A stretch of 58,457 nt of DNA, the filler included, from Sphacelaria rigidula (Eukaryota): the NCBI GenBank assembly GCA_964200075.2. It is 4 parts of 4 records of this genome, joined end to end, with 100 filler letters (N's around TTAATTAATTAA, not from the genome) between each part and the next. Parts side by side here need not be neighbours in the genome. Positions count along the whole stretch, not along the records: positions 14,641 to 29,180 come from CAXNAA020002193.1; positions 29,281 to 43,819 come from CAXNAA020002194.1; 2 more parts are not named here. One strand, 5' to 3'. The translations under genes were made by a program, and so were the position numbers. Below the pieces are notes generated by a model, which did not search any database, was not told the DNA's origin, and was given only the letters and a program-made list of their open reading frames with translations. Numbering within the stretch: the first letter of the stretch is position 1; each line of letters opens with the position of its first letter. Shown here piece after piece: positions 24,965 to 37,744 of the stretch.

Positions 24965-25395
24965 ACACGGGATTTTACAAATTGGGGATGCATATTTTAT
25001 TGGAGATGAAAACCCGGAGGATTCAAATCTTCGTATCCACACCAAATCTTTGAAGTATGCTTTCATTTCTTCACTTGCTGGTAGCTATTGACAACTACTA
25101 CACGCCATACAAACTTGGATTTCGATAATCGAAAGGTCGGGGTCCTAGATGAAAAAACAAATTTGGGGGGATTCTAGGTGTCCGATCGGACGCCAAAATT
25201 GGTTTTTCACCTAGAACCCCGACATTTCGGGTATCGAAATCCAAAGATGTATGGCGTGTAGTAGTTGTCAATAGCTACCAGCAAGTGAAGAAATGGAAGC
25301 ATGCTTGGAACATTTGGTGTGGATACGAAGATTTTAATCCTGCGGGTTTTTATCCCCAATGAAATATCCATCCCCAGTTTGTAAAATCCCGTGTG
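24965..25395. mobile_element. Foldback element: ~190-bp inverted arms, ~48-bp loop
   Basis: acacgggattttacaaa...cgtatccacaccaaat...ggtagctattgacaactactacacgccatac...ctag and its reverse complement at 25204-25395. Confidence 0.85.
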
Positions 25396-27397
25396 TAATA
25401 CGGAAATAGTGGCCAAATGAGCTAGCTCATAATCCGAACATGTACTTTGATAAGAAGTAACACGTCGGACAGCTCACGGGCTAACGGGTCGGACGAATTA
25501 ATGGTTCGTCTGGAAATTACTTGATTTTAGTGTGATTGATTCGTACGGTACGAATCAATCCTTAGGCTTTGTTTTTAGCGTTCCAACCAGCCAGGTACGC
25601 GCAGCCCAGGCACGTGGGATGGCGCAAAAATTGCGTGGAGACCTTTTCGGCCACCGGTAAACTTTTTTCTCTTTGTTGAGCAATCAGGCCTGAAAAATCG
25701 TGGATTTGGTGATTCGAACCGAGGATGATTCGTTCGAACCGTGAAAGATTGCGCACTGTCTCGACGGCAGTGCTCGGGAGCTCACGAACTGGCACCATTT
25801 AACCCCAGAATCCATGAGGCTACGCTTCACATCTCTACGAGGATATTATCTACACATCATTCAAGGCCTGCAAGACTTTGGACTCCACACCGTGTACCAA
25901 CCTAAAAGAAATGTGATTTTTCAGCATTTACCGTTGTTGCCACGCTTGTAAATGGTTCGCAATTCGGCTCGACGACTTCACCAACCCCATCCGGTGTGTA
26001 TAGATGGATCATCAACAACGCCATCAACATACAGTATACCTGACACCCGCCAAGTCTGCGCATGACCTAACGACCATCAGGTGAATACCCGGCACCAAGG
26101 ATGCCGAGCGAAAGTGCACCCCCACTCAGAATCATTCGAGAAGTATGCGGCCTCGGTTTTGATTTCACCCCGTCCTGAAAAGAGCACGCAGCTGCGAACT
26201 GAAATCGCCCAGCAACTCGCAATCCTCAACGTACCAAAATGGCCTTGCGTATCATTGCGGAAGCGTTTCCAGAAAATCATGCGTTTCCGTAACGCCGCAT
26301 GGGTTAAATCGTCTCACAATGTTGTACACGCGGTCAGTAATCACCTGTTTTGTCCGAGTGGAGATACTCACTCTTCGCGGGACTCATCTCTAACGTGCTA
26401 GTCTGTTGTTCCGTGCTCCCCGCACAGACGTTACAATCCCAGCTAGGTTCAATCTCGAGTCCGCGCTAGCGTGTTGATCACATAGTATATCTTCTGTCAA
26501 GCCGCCTACACAACACTCCTGCGCAGTGCTAGCACAGACCATCGAGATAAATAGATCCTGACCGAACTGATAGTATACCTTGTGTTCAGATGCCCATACA
26601 ACCACTGTATGAGTGCAGGCCGCAGACAGGCTCATAGCACAATAGTGAGTCCGTAGCAGAGGATAGAGATGTACAGAGGTATCATATATACGTATCAATG
26701 ACTACACACCGCTCGCAGAGAGTTGAAGCAATATTCAACGATGCGATGATAGAACAAGAGTGTCAGCAGAAATACCATCGAACTGCAGACACAGGTAGAC
26801 TCCGACTTGGTCGAGTGGAGAAGACAAGTAGGCGACTGGAAGGCTGGAAGACTATTAGAAGACCAACGATGCGAGGGTGCTGCGTGAGCCGATGCGCTAC
26901 ACAAACTGCTGACTGTCACAACCATGCTCCAATCCATCGACACCGGCTCTATTTCTTCCAGAAGCGAATTCCTCCAGTTCCACCGTTCCACGGGGATTTT
27001 CCCACGTATATTCCCAAAAGGTTCGGAACCGAATACAAGATATATCTTGACCATGCGGAACAGCCAGTACATACTTCCCGTATTCTACAGCCTGTTGGCC
27101 ATGGGCAAAATCATTCGACTGACATCGCACCCCCCTCATATCCCCAATTGGCGGAAGGCCTAGGCAACCCGACGACCTAAGCTGCTAGTCGATCTTGCAC
27201 CGAGGAAGATGGCCGGACCGTGGATCGCGTTTCAAGACGACAACGGTCGTGCGTGCTGGTGAGCAGTGAGATACATCACAAAGATTCGAAGACAAAGGAT
27301 TCAAACCACTCTCTGCTTCAGCACATGCTCTGCACGTCGTGCACCGTCCTTGTCCAGGTAATTCCCCCTGTAAAAAACTAACGTGTTTCAGAACAAT

Positions 27398-27481
27398 AGC
27401 AGCAGCAACAGCAGCAGCAGCGGGAGGAGGAGGAGGAGGAGGAGAAACAGCAGCAACAGCAGCAACAGCAGCAACAACAAG
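27398..27481. repeat. Compound CAG/GAG/CAA trinucleotide repeat
   Basis: Directly visible. Confidence 0.85.
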
Positions 27482-28169
27482 AAGCTTCCAAAGTTTGACG
27501 ATGCAGTACTGGCCGAAAGGATCGTGTGTGGAAAAACGAAACCGTCGGATTGGATACGACTCCACCAAATTTTGAACAGAACAAAGCAATAATGAGCGGG
27601 AGAGAAGACGAACGGGAAATGGCATGCTCAATCCCCGGTCAGCCTAAAGTTTCGATCAGCCTAGAGTTCATACATGCGTGGAGTTATCAGCATGTAGATT
27701 CAGGCGGGGGCTCGCTATCTTGCATGTGTTCTAACATATCAGATAAGTTGATGTCCGTGTGCCCAGTGCGCTGATGAGGGTGACGCGAGATCGGATCCAG
27801 GCCATCTCAGTACAAAATCAAGGAACTTTCCCTGCCAATGCCCAGGGTGTATAACATTCTCCATGAGTTTCTCCCGTACCCACCTTCATGGCTTCCCAGC
27901 TGTGAACACTTCGACATCAGCGATGCCGCGATGTCCACACACGTGTTTCAGTACATCTTCCAGTGCATGCACTGCGTGATGTTCCCATCTCGGGCATCAC
28001 GATAGCCTGCGGCTATTAGTAGATATTCGATGAGCTTCGTCGGCGAATCACAAACTGCACGGTAGTTTTTGTACAGAGCAGTATCACGCACGGACCAGTG
28101 GTGCGTCGTTGCGCGCACCCTATGCGCTCCGTTGCTATTTCAGGGCTCGTCATCAGGGTGTTCCGTGGG

Positions 28170-29180
28170 ACAAATACGAGCTGGGTCAGCCTAGAGGCGG
28201 ATTGGAAGTTTGCAGGCGAATGCGCTGGCCAATATATAGAGTTGGAGCGTCAAATTTGGTATGGACAATGCATAGGGCATAAACAAAAGTTGGAAAGAAG
28301 CACCAGAAGTTTTTTTTTTTTCCCCGTGAGTTAAGGGCATTTTACTGATACCTGAAAACTGAGTATTGCCTTTAGATCACGAAAGAAAGATAAAACTTCT
28401 GGTGCTTCTTTTCAATTTTTTTATGCCCTATGCATTGTCTATACCAAATTTGACGCTTCAACTCTAAATATATTGGCCGGCGCATTCGCCTTTCGAAAAC
28501 AGGGTTAGTAGAAATTCGGAGCACTATTTCGCAGGCCACTCACCCGCCCACGTCTGGTTTTCGTGTATTGAAATTTTGTGTGGACCCTCCCCGGGGCAAA
28601 ATTAACAAAACTCAGTGGGTCAGGTTTTTTATTTCATTTTTTAACTGCTTGAGGGCGGTTTAGTATGGTAAAGACCATTTGTTCACGAGAACGCCCTAAC
28701 CTCCATAAAAAAAATGAAAAATGAAGGCCCATTTTTAGTTTTTATTCGGCACACTTTTGTGGTTCTCCATGCTAAGTTTCAAATCACGATTCTAAAAATT
28801 GAGTTGAAACATTGACATAAGGCCCAAGAGAAATGTTTATTTCTCCTCAAAACTTCACCAAAAACACACAAAAAAAAATGGAGAAAGGTAACAAGATTTT
28901 TTTTTTTCTATTATACACTAGCGGTACACCACACAAAATCTTATGGAACAACTCTCAAAAACTGAGACGCGATGTCCAGATTTAGGGCATCTAGGGCCTC
29001 TGCTCGTAATATATTGATTTTAGTATGGAAACCTATCTGCGCCCTATCTCGGGGGGTAGATAACGAATTAGGTGAAGGTGAGGGTATCTATCGTCTCCCC
29101 TTGCTCCAGAGAATGTCCACACCAAAATTCGTCGTCGTCCGCTGAATGCATCGATCGGGGGTTTCATATCGATGTTAGTA
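28170..29180. mobile_element. AT-rich interspersed non-coding repeat with internal ~105-bp inverted repeat (28210-28315 / 28392-28498)
   Basis: Reverse-complement homologs at 43920-44692 and ~41820-43070. Confidence 0.7.
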
Positions 29181-29280
29181 NNNNNNNNNNNNNNNNNNNN
29201 NNNNNNNNNNNNNNNNNNNNNNNNTTAATTAATTAANNNNNNNNNNNNNNNNNNNNNNNNNNNNNNNNNNNNNNNNNNNN
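29181..29280. other. Artificial contig spacer
   Basis: Ns + TTAATTAATTAA. Confidence 0.95.
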
Positions 29281-29449
29281 CCAACCATCGCACAATTTCG
29301 ATCGAAACACTCATCTGCGAAGACACGGCCTTATACCTCGCCAAAAAGGTCGAGACCCCAAAACCAAGAAATTGTAGCCCGCTGATGGTTGGCCCGCAAA
29401 CCCTCAAGATCCGACGGTGCATGCAGGGCGCGAACGCTTGTGTGCGGCA

Positions 29450-30800
29450 AGACCTTCGGGCGTGTGTGTGCCGGCAAGACTTCTCACACATGTTGGGATT
29501 CTTGTGATGTCCCACACACAAGCGTTCGCGCCCTGCATGCATCGTCAGATATTGAGGGTCTGCGGGCCAACCATAAGCGGGCTATAATTTCTTCGTCTTT
29601 GGGTCTCGGCTTTTTTGACGAGGTATAGTTTGACAAAAGCAATTTTTTGCATGATTGTGACTGTTCGGCGTATCTTCTGCGGAGCCGGTGATACGGTCAC
29701 CGTTTGACAGAAAAAGGAGGTGTGCACTTGAGCAAACAAGGGTACAAGGATGAACAAGATGATGAGAAGGATGCAAGCTAACTTTATAGCAAAGGGTCGG
29801 GTGTACCCTGATGTTCTGTTGCAAAGAAGCCGCTCTAGCAGGCTCTCCTTTTCAGTGCCGTAGTTGAGCCTGATGCCATGTGTAAAAAAAAAGAAGCAAC
29901 AGGTTGGGCATGCTGCCCAAGCACCTTGGATGTGGAGCTGGGGCGCTGGAAAGTGTTTTCGAGGTGCTCACCCCGCGTGCAGCGCCGCCCCTCGAACCGA
30001 AAAGTGCGCCACCTTGTTTTGTTCAAAGCACCGCAGGGTAAACCATTTTTGTAATTTCCCTTTTCAGTAAATCCAAACGGGCTAGACAATCAACCAGCTC
30101 TTTTTCGTTGTCTTAGCCCACCGCGATGACATGAGATGCGCGCCGCATAGCATATTTCTCCGTACACAGCATAAATCAGTGAGCAGTTTCATCGCCGACT
30201 GCTGTTTTCTGGTGTACCCATACCATGGACTAGACTAGACTAGACCACAAGAAGACGCCAGGAGGCGAAAACACGATTGACGGTGGACAACTGACCATGA
30301 AAAGCGAAGATGAATTCCTTTTCAACTTCTTTTGTGCATGCTTCGGAGGAGGAGTTCTAGCATCCTGGGTTGGGTTCGTTACAGAGGAGGGAAGGGAGGT
30401 AGCGAGTAGCCGATGTCATCAATCAACCGCTCCCCGGAAACGCGTCGCATACCAGAGAGTTTCTCCGCGAGTTTTTTCACGCGTATCGCGGTCAATTATT
30501 TTTTGCGTCAAAATCGGTCAATAACCGTCAAGTTGTCGGCGCGTTTGGGATTGATGTACATCCCTGAAACTTTTACCGGAAACAATTTGAAAGGATGCTG
30601 GCGTTCCAGTATTGATCTTTTGCCCTCGAACACCACAACGCGTACTGTAACAAAGATCCTTTGTATTTCCATCTAGGGCACGACAGCACCCGTCATGAAA
30701 AATAATAGCGTACAAGGGAACAAAATACCTCTACCTTCACGCTAAGCTTTCCTGGGAATATTTTTTTTCAACATGACGAGGTGTGCCCTTGCTCACCAGT
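29450..30800 (-). pseudogene. Probable decayed MULE (ZSWIM3-like) transposase
   Basis: Manual minus-strand translation across frameshifts gives MLKKIFPGKLSV, FPLYAIIFHDG, KGSLLQYAL, TVIDR..LTAIR, DAR/LLL..HAQKKLKR, AWAAC and CEKSCRH. This is the order expected for a MULE core plus SWIM finger. Confidence 0.4.
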
Positions 30801-31027
30801 ACACGACAAGAAGCCGTACCCACCTGCAAACGGGGAGCAGATGAAAAAATTGTGTTGTACAGAAACTATCGTTTACCCGAATTGTCAAACCTCCGTGTGC
30901 TGCTACACGTCCACATTGCGTGGTCGATGCACCATGTTGGAAACATGTCGACCCTTTCAAGGCCCGGTGCCGTGGTTCGAAGCTTAACGGATGGGCTTTT
31001 GAGGGAATTTCGGAGTCATGCTTTTTG

Positions 31028-31097
31028 TACGGAGAAACCACCTACATGATACGGAGAAACCACCTACATGATACGGAGAAACCACCTACATGATACG
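31028..31097. repeat. 22-bp perfect tandem repeat x3
   Basis: tacggagaaaccacctacatga three times. Confidence 0.9.
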
Positions 31098-32296
31098 AAG
31101 TAATAGATACCGCACGTCGTACTTATTGTTTTCTAAGCCACGATCGGCTGCGAAATTCCGCCTCTGGGAGGGAGTACGGAAAAACAGACACGGGGATCGC
31201 CTGCAGTATATGTGGCCAGTAACCCTTTTGGAACTCACAATGGAAAATTAATCATTTGCAATTCACGGTTTTTGAGCTAGATATGGTTGATGTTTTACAG
31301 CACAGACGCAACAACATTCACCCGATGCGTATTTTTCAGACCCGTGTGAGGGACAACTGGAACAAAAGAAGGTTTCCTTTTCACCGATGTGCGTACCACA
31401 CCCTGAAACTTATTGCTGTTTTTTTAATAGAACGTTTCATAGTGTTTTTGCTAATTAATGTAGATGGATACCATTGAACACACTTCATCCGTTATTGGTA
31501 TAATCGGACAAACCTCACTGGACCTCTCCAGGGAGGACATTTTCCCTTCACCCGCCGCGTGTGCTACTGGATTTTTCTTCGGTCTTCCATTATAACATGC
31601 TTGCCATCGGCCTTTTCTGCTTCCATATTTTCCTCTTTGTCAGGGCTTCCCATAATGAGGCGTTTGGCTCGGGGACAGGAGGGGAAGGTTCCAAAAGGAT
31701 TAATGTACGAAATCGCCAGCACACAGCAGAATTTTTTTCCATGGATACGAAAAAAGTTCACCCTCCGCCCTAAATTGCGCGCCTATTGGTTACATTCTAC
31801 ACCTGCAGAAAAACATGCTCCAGAAAGTCGCCAGACTGTCAGCAGAAGAAATGTCAAAACCGAAAGCTTGGGTGTTCATGTGATTTGAGTTGCCCCATGA
31901 TTTATTCATGCTCCGTTAAGCATGCTCCTCATTGCCGGGGGCGGCAGCTGCAGCACTGCCGTGAGCAAACTGACTGCTTTTTGCGAACATGTTTGCGCCA
32001 GACTAGATTGCTGGTTCGTGATCGTTGGTCCAGGCTCGAAATCCTGGAACTTTGGTTATACCGAGAGTACAGTGCACGGACGTTCAGTCAGTTCACAGGT
32101 GTATGCAAAGCCAGCTAGATTCAGAGGGAGTCAACGGTCGAATACAGTACAGCTTGTGCATCCATGTGTCACCTCTTGTGTGGTGCTCCTATCTGGTGTG
32201 TTCCAACAAGGGGGGCGTCACCCCAACCGTCCCAGACCAGAAAACGAGGAGGACTTTTTGGGCAGCCATGAAGACGCGAAATCGATAACACCTATC

Positions 32297-32333
<37 letters not shown>

Positions 32334-32421
32334 ACCCCACCCCCCCCCCACACAAGCNNNNNNNNNNCCAGCCCAAAAAAAGGGGAGGACTTTTTGGGGA
32401 GCCAAGAAGACACCAAATCAA

Positions 32422-32453
<32 letters not shown>

Positions 32454-35400
32454 AGCATTGAAATGCAATATATGTAACGTCAGGAGCTGTCACTCCGTGA
32501 ACATCTTTTTTTAGTCGTACCGTAACCCCTCCCCTTCCTCGGGACTTCGGTAGTCTGTACTCTCAGGAGATCATCATCATTCCATGTCTCATGTCTCATG
32601 TCTCCCGCGGTGCCTGCCCAATACTTTGGTATTGCTGTTTGGATTAGCGCGTCGACTCTTATCCAGCTGTCTTTGCTACGTGCGTCCTGATGTTTTTAAC
32701 CCGTTTGGAACCGTTGATGAAGAAATGACGCTTTACAATTGACGTGTTCTTGGGCAAGATATGGTTGTGTTTCTGCAAGTGTTGATGATGAAGCCCACCA
32801 AAACGGTGCACCGCTGTCACTTCAAGTATACTGATGTGACATATTCGTGCACCGAACTCCAAGTGACGTTTTCGCGGTGACGAAAGCTCGCATATGGGAG
32901 TTTACAAATCGTCACTTTTCCAACGGTTCCAAGAGGGTTGATGGCGGGAAGCAGATTCTTCTAAAAAATATGGTGGTACCTGTCGGGATTCGAGCCCGTA
33001 GTCTTGCGCTCGAAGTAGCTGCTGCTGTACCGTGTTACAAAGTAGTATGCACCACCGGGACGCAGCGGCACGTTGTTCTTGTGCATATATGTACGCGCGA
33101 TTCCCATCGCTGGGAAGCGCAGCTGTTACGGTGAACATATGCTGGTGGTGGTGCGAGTAATTGCTTTTGCCGTGCTTGTTGGTGCCCAAATGCTCTTACC
33201 GAGAGAGCCTACGAGTGAACAAGATGTCCACCCAAGAGCACGAACAGCCTAAATAGCACCTGTTCATCGTGTTCATTGCCAACCCAACTCGGACTCCACG
33301 AGTCCTCGCTTGGGCATTGGGGACTCCATGTTCAATAAGGTCGCACCCAAGGCAGCGTGGTCACAGTTTGTCGCGAGGCGAAATCATGGAAGTTATAAAA
33401 ATCATCTGTACGGCACACCAAGAACGTATTTAGTACCATGTGCCTGTCTGCCTGTCTGCTTGCACGGAAATACCAATCGTTGTCCGTACATGTCACATGC
33501 GTCCGTGCCAACACATCACCCTCGTGACCCTCAGTTGGCTCGTATTCTGCCGCGCTCAATCGAACTCTGAAAGAAGCACGAAACTTCGTTGAGATGCCAA
33601 ATCTCTTTCTTCCGATCGCCATATGACGGACGCTGTCTAGTGCTTAAAGAGTCCTGTTTCGTATACCATCGCTCTCAACAATTCACACCGGATAGAAGGA
33701 TGTTGCACGTCTTGAAGCTGGCTGCTCCTTATCCTGTATCTCGGTTCCACGTGAGAAGTAGCGTGCTGCGTACTGCTTCATGGCCTCAGTGTAATACGTG
33801 CGTGTTGCGCCCCGTGCTTCGTTGGACAGATCGGAGTATGACAGCGTGTACTCGTCAGGCCTACGACATGTGGGCGAAGACTACTGACCGACGGCGACAA
33901 CGCAAACATATGTTTTTAAGTGCTAGAGATGGAACACCCCTCAAGATGGCCACCTGGGCGAGTGCATATGACGCAGAGTAAACGTATAATCACATCACTG
34001 GAAGCGTTGCTTCTTTCGGCTGTAAAGCTCGTGCGTTGTCCTTTCCTGGAACACCGGCGCGCGACGCATGGCCCACGATTTTCCGTACTCATCTGCGGGG
34101 GGTTAAGCAGGAAAAGAAGGTGCACCTGCTGCTTGCGCGCTGGATATGGACCGTGGAAGATGCTTGAAATCCTGGTGCCGTGTAAATGCGATTCCTGGCG
34201 GATAGGCGCATCTCATATGCCCATTCAGAGTGCGTTCACTTGCAGTCATGCGAACGACTGCTGGCGGCAGATACCGCGTGCAGTTTGTTTTGTACCGCAA
34301 TTCTCGACATTGGAGTGGACTTTTCCCGGGCTTTGCTGTTTCGGGGGAAGAATTTGCTGATGCGCTGTCTGTAGCCACGTGTGTTTGCGTCAACCCCTTG
34401 CATCCTAAGGCTTTCTCACGAAAAATGAAGCGTGTTGGAAAGTCCATGGTTGGTGTCTTCTAGTCTAGCCTTGGAGCACGGACGATTTGGAAAAAAAGTG
34501 TTGCGAGTGCGTCGTCCGCTTCTTCGTTTGACTGCGTAGGTCGCTATTTCGAGTCGGTCCATTCGTGCCGATGCAAACGTTCGTTGATGGTTTCATTTGG
34601 ATGTAAGAACCCTCGTGCAGTGAAGATCCCAAGAACTTTGTCAAATATGTGTAGCATCCCGGGCAACGAATCCGAACAAATGCGTGTCTTGATTGAAGAT
34701 ACGGGTGAGAGCGCTCCTATGGTCTGGCCGTTGGTATTCGGTGGGGAAGAATACTTTGATTTGGTGCGCTGAGACCACACTATTAACCTGGCTACACACG
34801 GGCGCAATTTTTTGAGGGGTTGGCATGTTAATCGCGTTGTTGTAGATAGGTCGAAGCTATCATCCGGGGGATTTGATTAATGTTCGGTGCTGTTGTGGCA
34901 GTCTGTTCTGTTTGTGCAATGTCTAGGCGGGTGCTCACAGCGAACCGCCTGAGCTTTTCTGCCTCGCAATCCTATCCTGTGCTACAGTATCTATTTTTTT
35001 ACGGGTCGTTTTCGTTTGCTCGTAAAAGCTACTGTCATTGATCGCCGCTAGATATATGTATACCTTGGCTAGACTGGTACCGTGGTCTGAGTGAAACTTA
35101 TGAATGAAAACCATTTTACACAACCCGATATCATATCGTGCGCAATGCCAGCACTCAGAAAGTGCTGAAATATATGAAGAAAGTATCATCGAAGAGTGTT
35201 TCTCCTACGGAGGTTGGGATAATCAGACGACACGTTTTGTTCTTGTGGAGGGGAAGAATGCAGCAGACTTGTCGCGTGTCAGCCAAGCTCTCACATCATC
35301 TTCGAGTCGGTGGAGCTGTCCGACTGGACGTTTGAAGAAAAAGTATCACAAGCCGGAACATTTTGTCTCCCGATACATGCAAGCAAGGAGAACAATTATT

Positions 35401-37744
35401 CCTCCTGATTTCTCGAAATAGCACATGGTTTCTCGTGTTTCGTCAACACGACGCCAGGTTTTGGACATCGCGACCTAATTAGGCGAATGTACCTTGATGT
35501 TGGTCGGTGGGGAATACGTTGGTCGATGGGGGAGTGTGCACGATGCTCGTGGCGCTGCCGAAATGCGTTAAATACGGTCACCTTGAAGCCGGACGGCGAA
35601 GGTGTAACCGTCACATTCCCACCTTTGAACCGGTTCAGGAACAACATGGACATGTGACAAGGACGCGTCCTAATCACGTGCGTAACCCTGTTCATCTCGT
35701 GATGTGCCAGAAAAGTCCCCATTTGTTCCCTGTAAGCGCACGAAATGGCCATTATTTTAACATGAAATCAGCGAGCGGCAGGTATTGATTCTTATGTGGT
35801 CATACTACAGTACACGTACCTGGTGAGAACAGCAGTCGAAATCGCCATTTATTTCAACAAGAAATCACTCTCGAGATGACGGGGGGAAAATAATGAAAGT
35901 ACTTCACATGCAGCGGTATAGCATACATAATGATTGAACAGACAAGCAGATGATTTTCGATTTATGGAGGGGATATTGGGTGGCACTGTAACTGTATTTA
36001 CCATCATTATTAGTCATATTAATATATAATAGATCGAACAACTGTTACTATAGCTTCATTTCTGCACACCCTGATAGATCCGGAAATAAATCCTAATCCC
36101 AGACCTTCGAAGCAATAGTAGTACAAGGTACTCTCATTATGAATTCGTTTCGTGCGGTTTGATCCCAGGTCGGATATTGGATGTTGACTCCCTCCACGAT
36201 GTATTGAATCGGCGTCGTCACTCGAAAAGTACTGAGGCGGTGTCTCATCAAATTGTTTTCGACTCGAAAACGTACGGTGGAATCGAACTCGCTCGTTTCT
36301 GATTCGTCCACGCTGTTCATTTTCTCAGATGGTTGACAACATGGATGCCGTGGACGTATCAGGTACGAGCGAATTTGATTCCACCGTACATTTTCGGGTC
36401 GAAAACAATTTGATAAGACACGGCCTGAGAGAACGATCACGATGACGAACCCTGGCGACGAAAAGGAAAAATGCTGGCGTTTTTTTCTGCACACGCAAAA
36501 GCATGTCATGTGCCCCTTTTGTGCAGAATACCCCCCGCGCCGTGAATGGAAGTGATCGTCATGTGAACAACCCCCTTGAACAAGAAATAAATGGATTCTG
36601 AGATAATATTATTATACGAAGTACAAATAAGCCCTTGAAGGAGTCAAAAGGTTGCGCGGAAGGAAGGACACATCTCATTTAACACCCGCCGAGATATATA
36701 TCGATTTAGTAAATCGGCAAAATGTTTAGGCGCCCTGTACTGTGTAGTAACATGCTAATATTTTCATGATCAACCCTGTCTGTATCAGAGAGTCGTGCTA
36801 CGGTAGGGGTGCACTTCTTCGGTCAAACTTGTCTCTGAGGTACTTTCACGTTGTGAAATAAAACGATGATATTTCCCACAATTGGTGGTGTAAGCCTGCG
36901 AGGCGATTGCCACACGTTCGGACGGACCTTGGTCCTAACTGCACGAGAACTGAAAATGCGAATGCACTCTCCAGCCGTGGTGTGTGGCCTCGCTGAGGCC
37001 CTGTCTTTTCAAGACGAACAAATAAACAAATACAGAAGCGAGAAACGAAACAAGTGTGCCAAATGATCGATACGATTTGAGTTTCGCGAACAACCCACAA
37101 AGTCCTCCTGGAAAGCATTGAAGATGCGTTTCACGTTTCACATGTAATTTTCAGATATTAGCTGGTAGAGACTACTGCACTGCGTGTTGTACTGTTTGTG
37201 CGGCGAGGCCTAGAACCGAACCGTGCACTGTAGTACTTACTGCACTGTACCCCTCGCTTGGACCTGCCACGACGCATGATCGGTCATCCATCAGTCTGCC
37301 GTTCTACCCTCAAATTCAAATTTCAAATTTGCCCTCATTTTCTTCACGTTTCTTCATCGACTGGTTGGGATCCTGGTTGAACGAGACTCTGCAGTAGCTT
37401 GCCGACGTGATATATTGTAGAGCCACCGACTCGGCTGCATTTGATACCGCTGCTTGCCTGCCGAGTTGGACAGAGGTAGGGTGGAAACTCTCTGGATTGT
37501 GTCATCAGTTAATATAAATTCAAGAGAGTCATCTCACATAAAACGCCTCTCCTGCGGGTCAGAGAAGACAATGCATTTCGAAACCGATCACAGCACAAGT
37601 ACAACTGAGCAATATATAGGTCAACCGTCAACGGCCTTTCTAGTCCAACGCGTGCCCAGTTCCGTGCTCTTCCGCAGTATACTGCACTGTAGCAGGAACC
37701 CCAGCGCACGTAAATCTATTATACTTAAACCTCAAGGAGAAATC

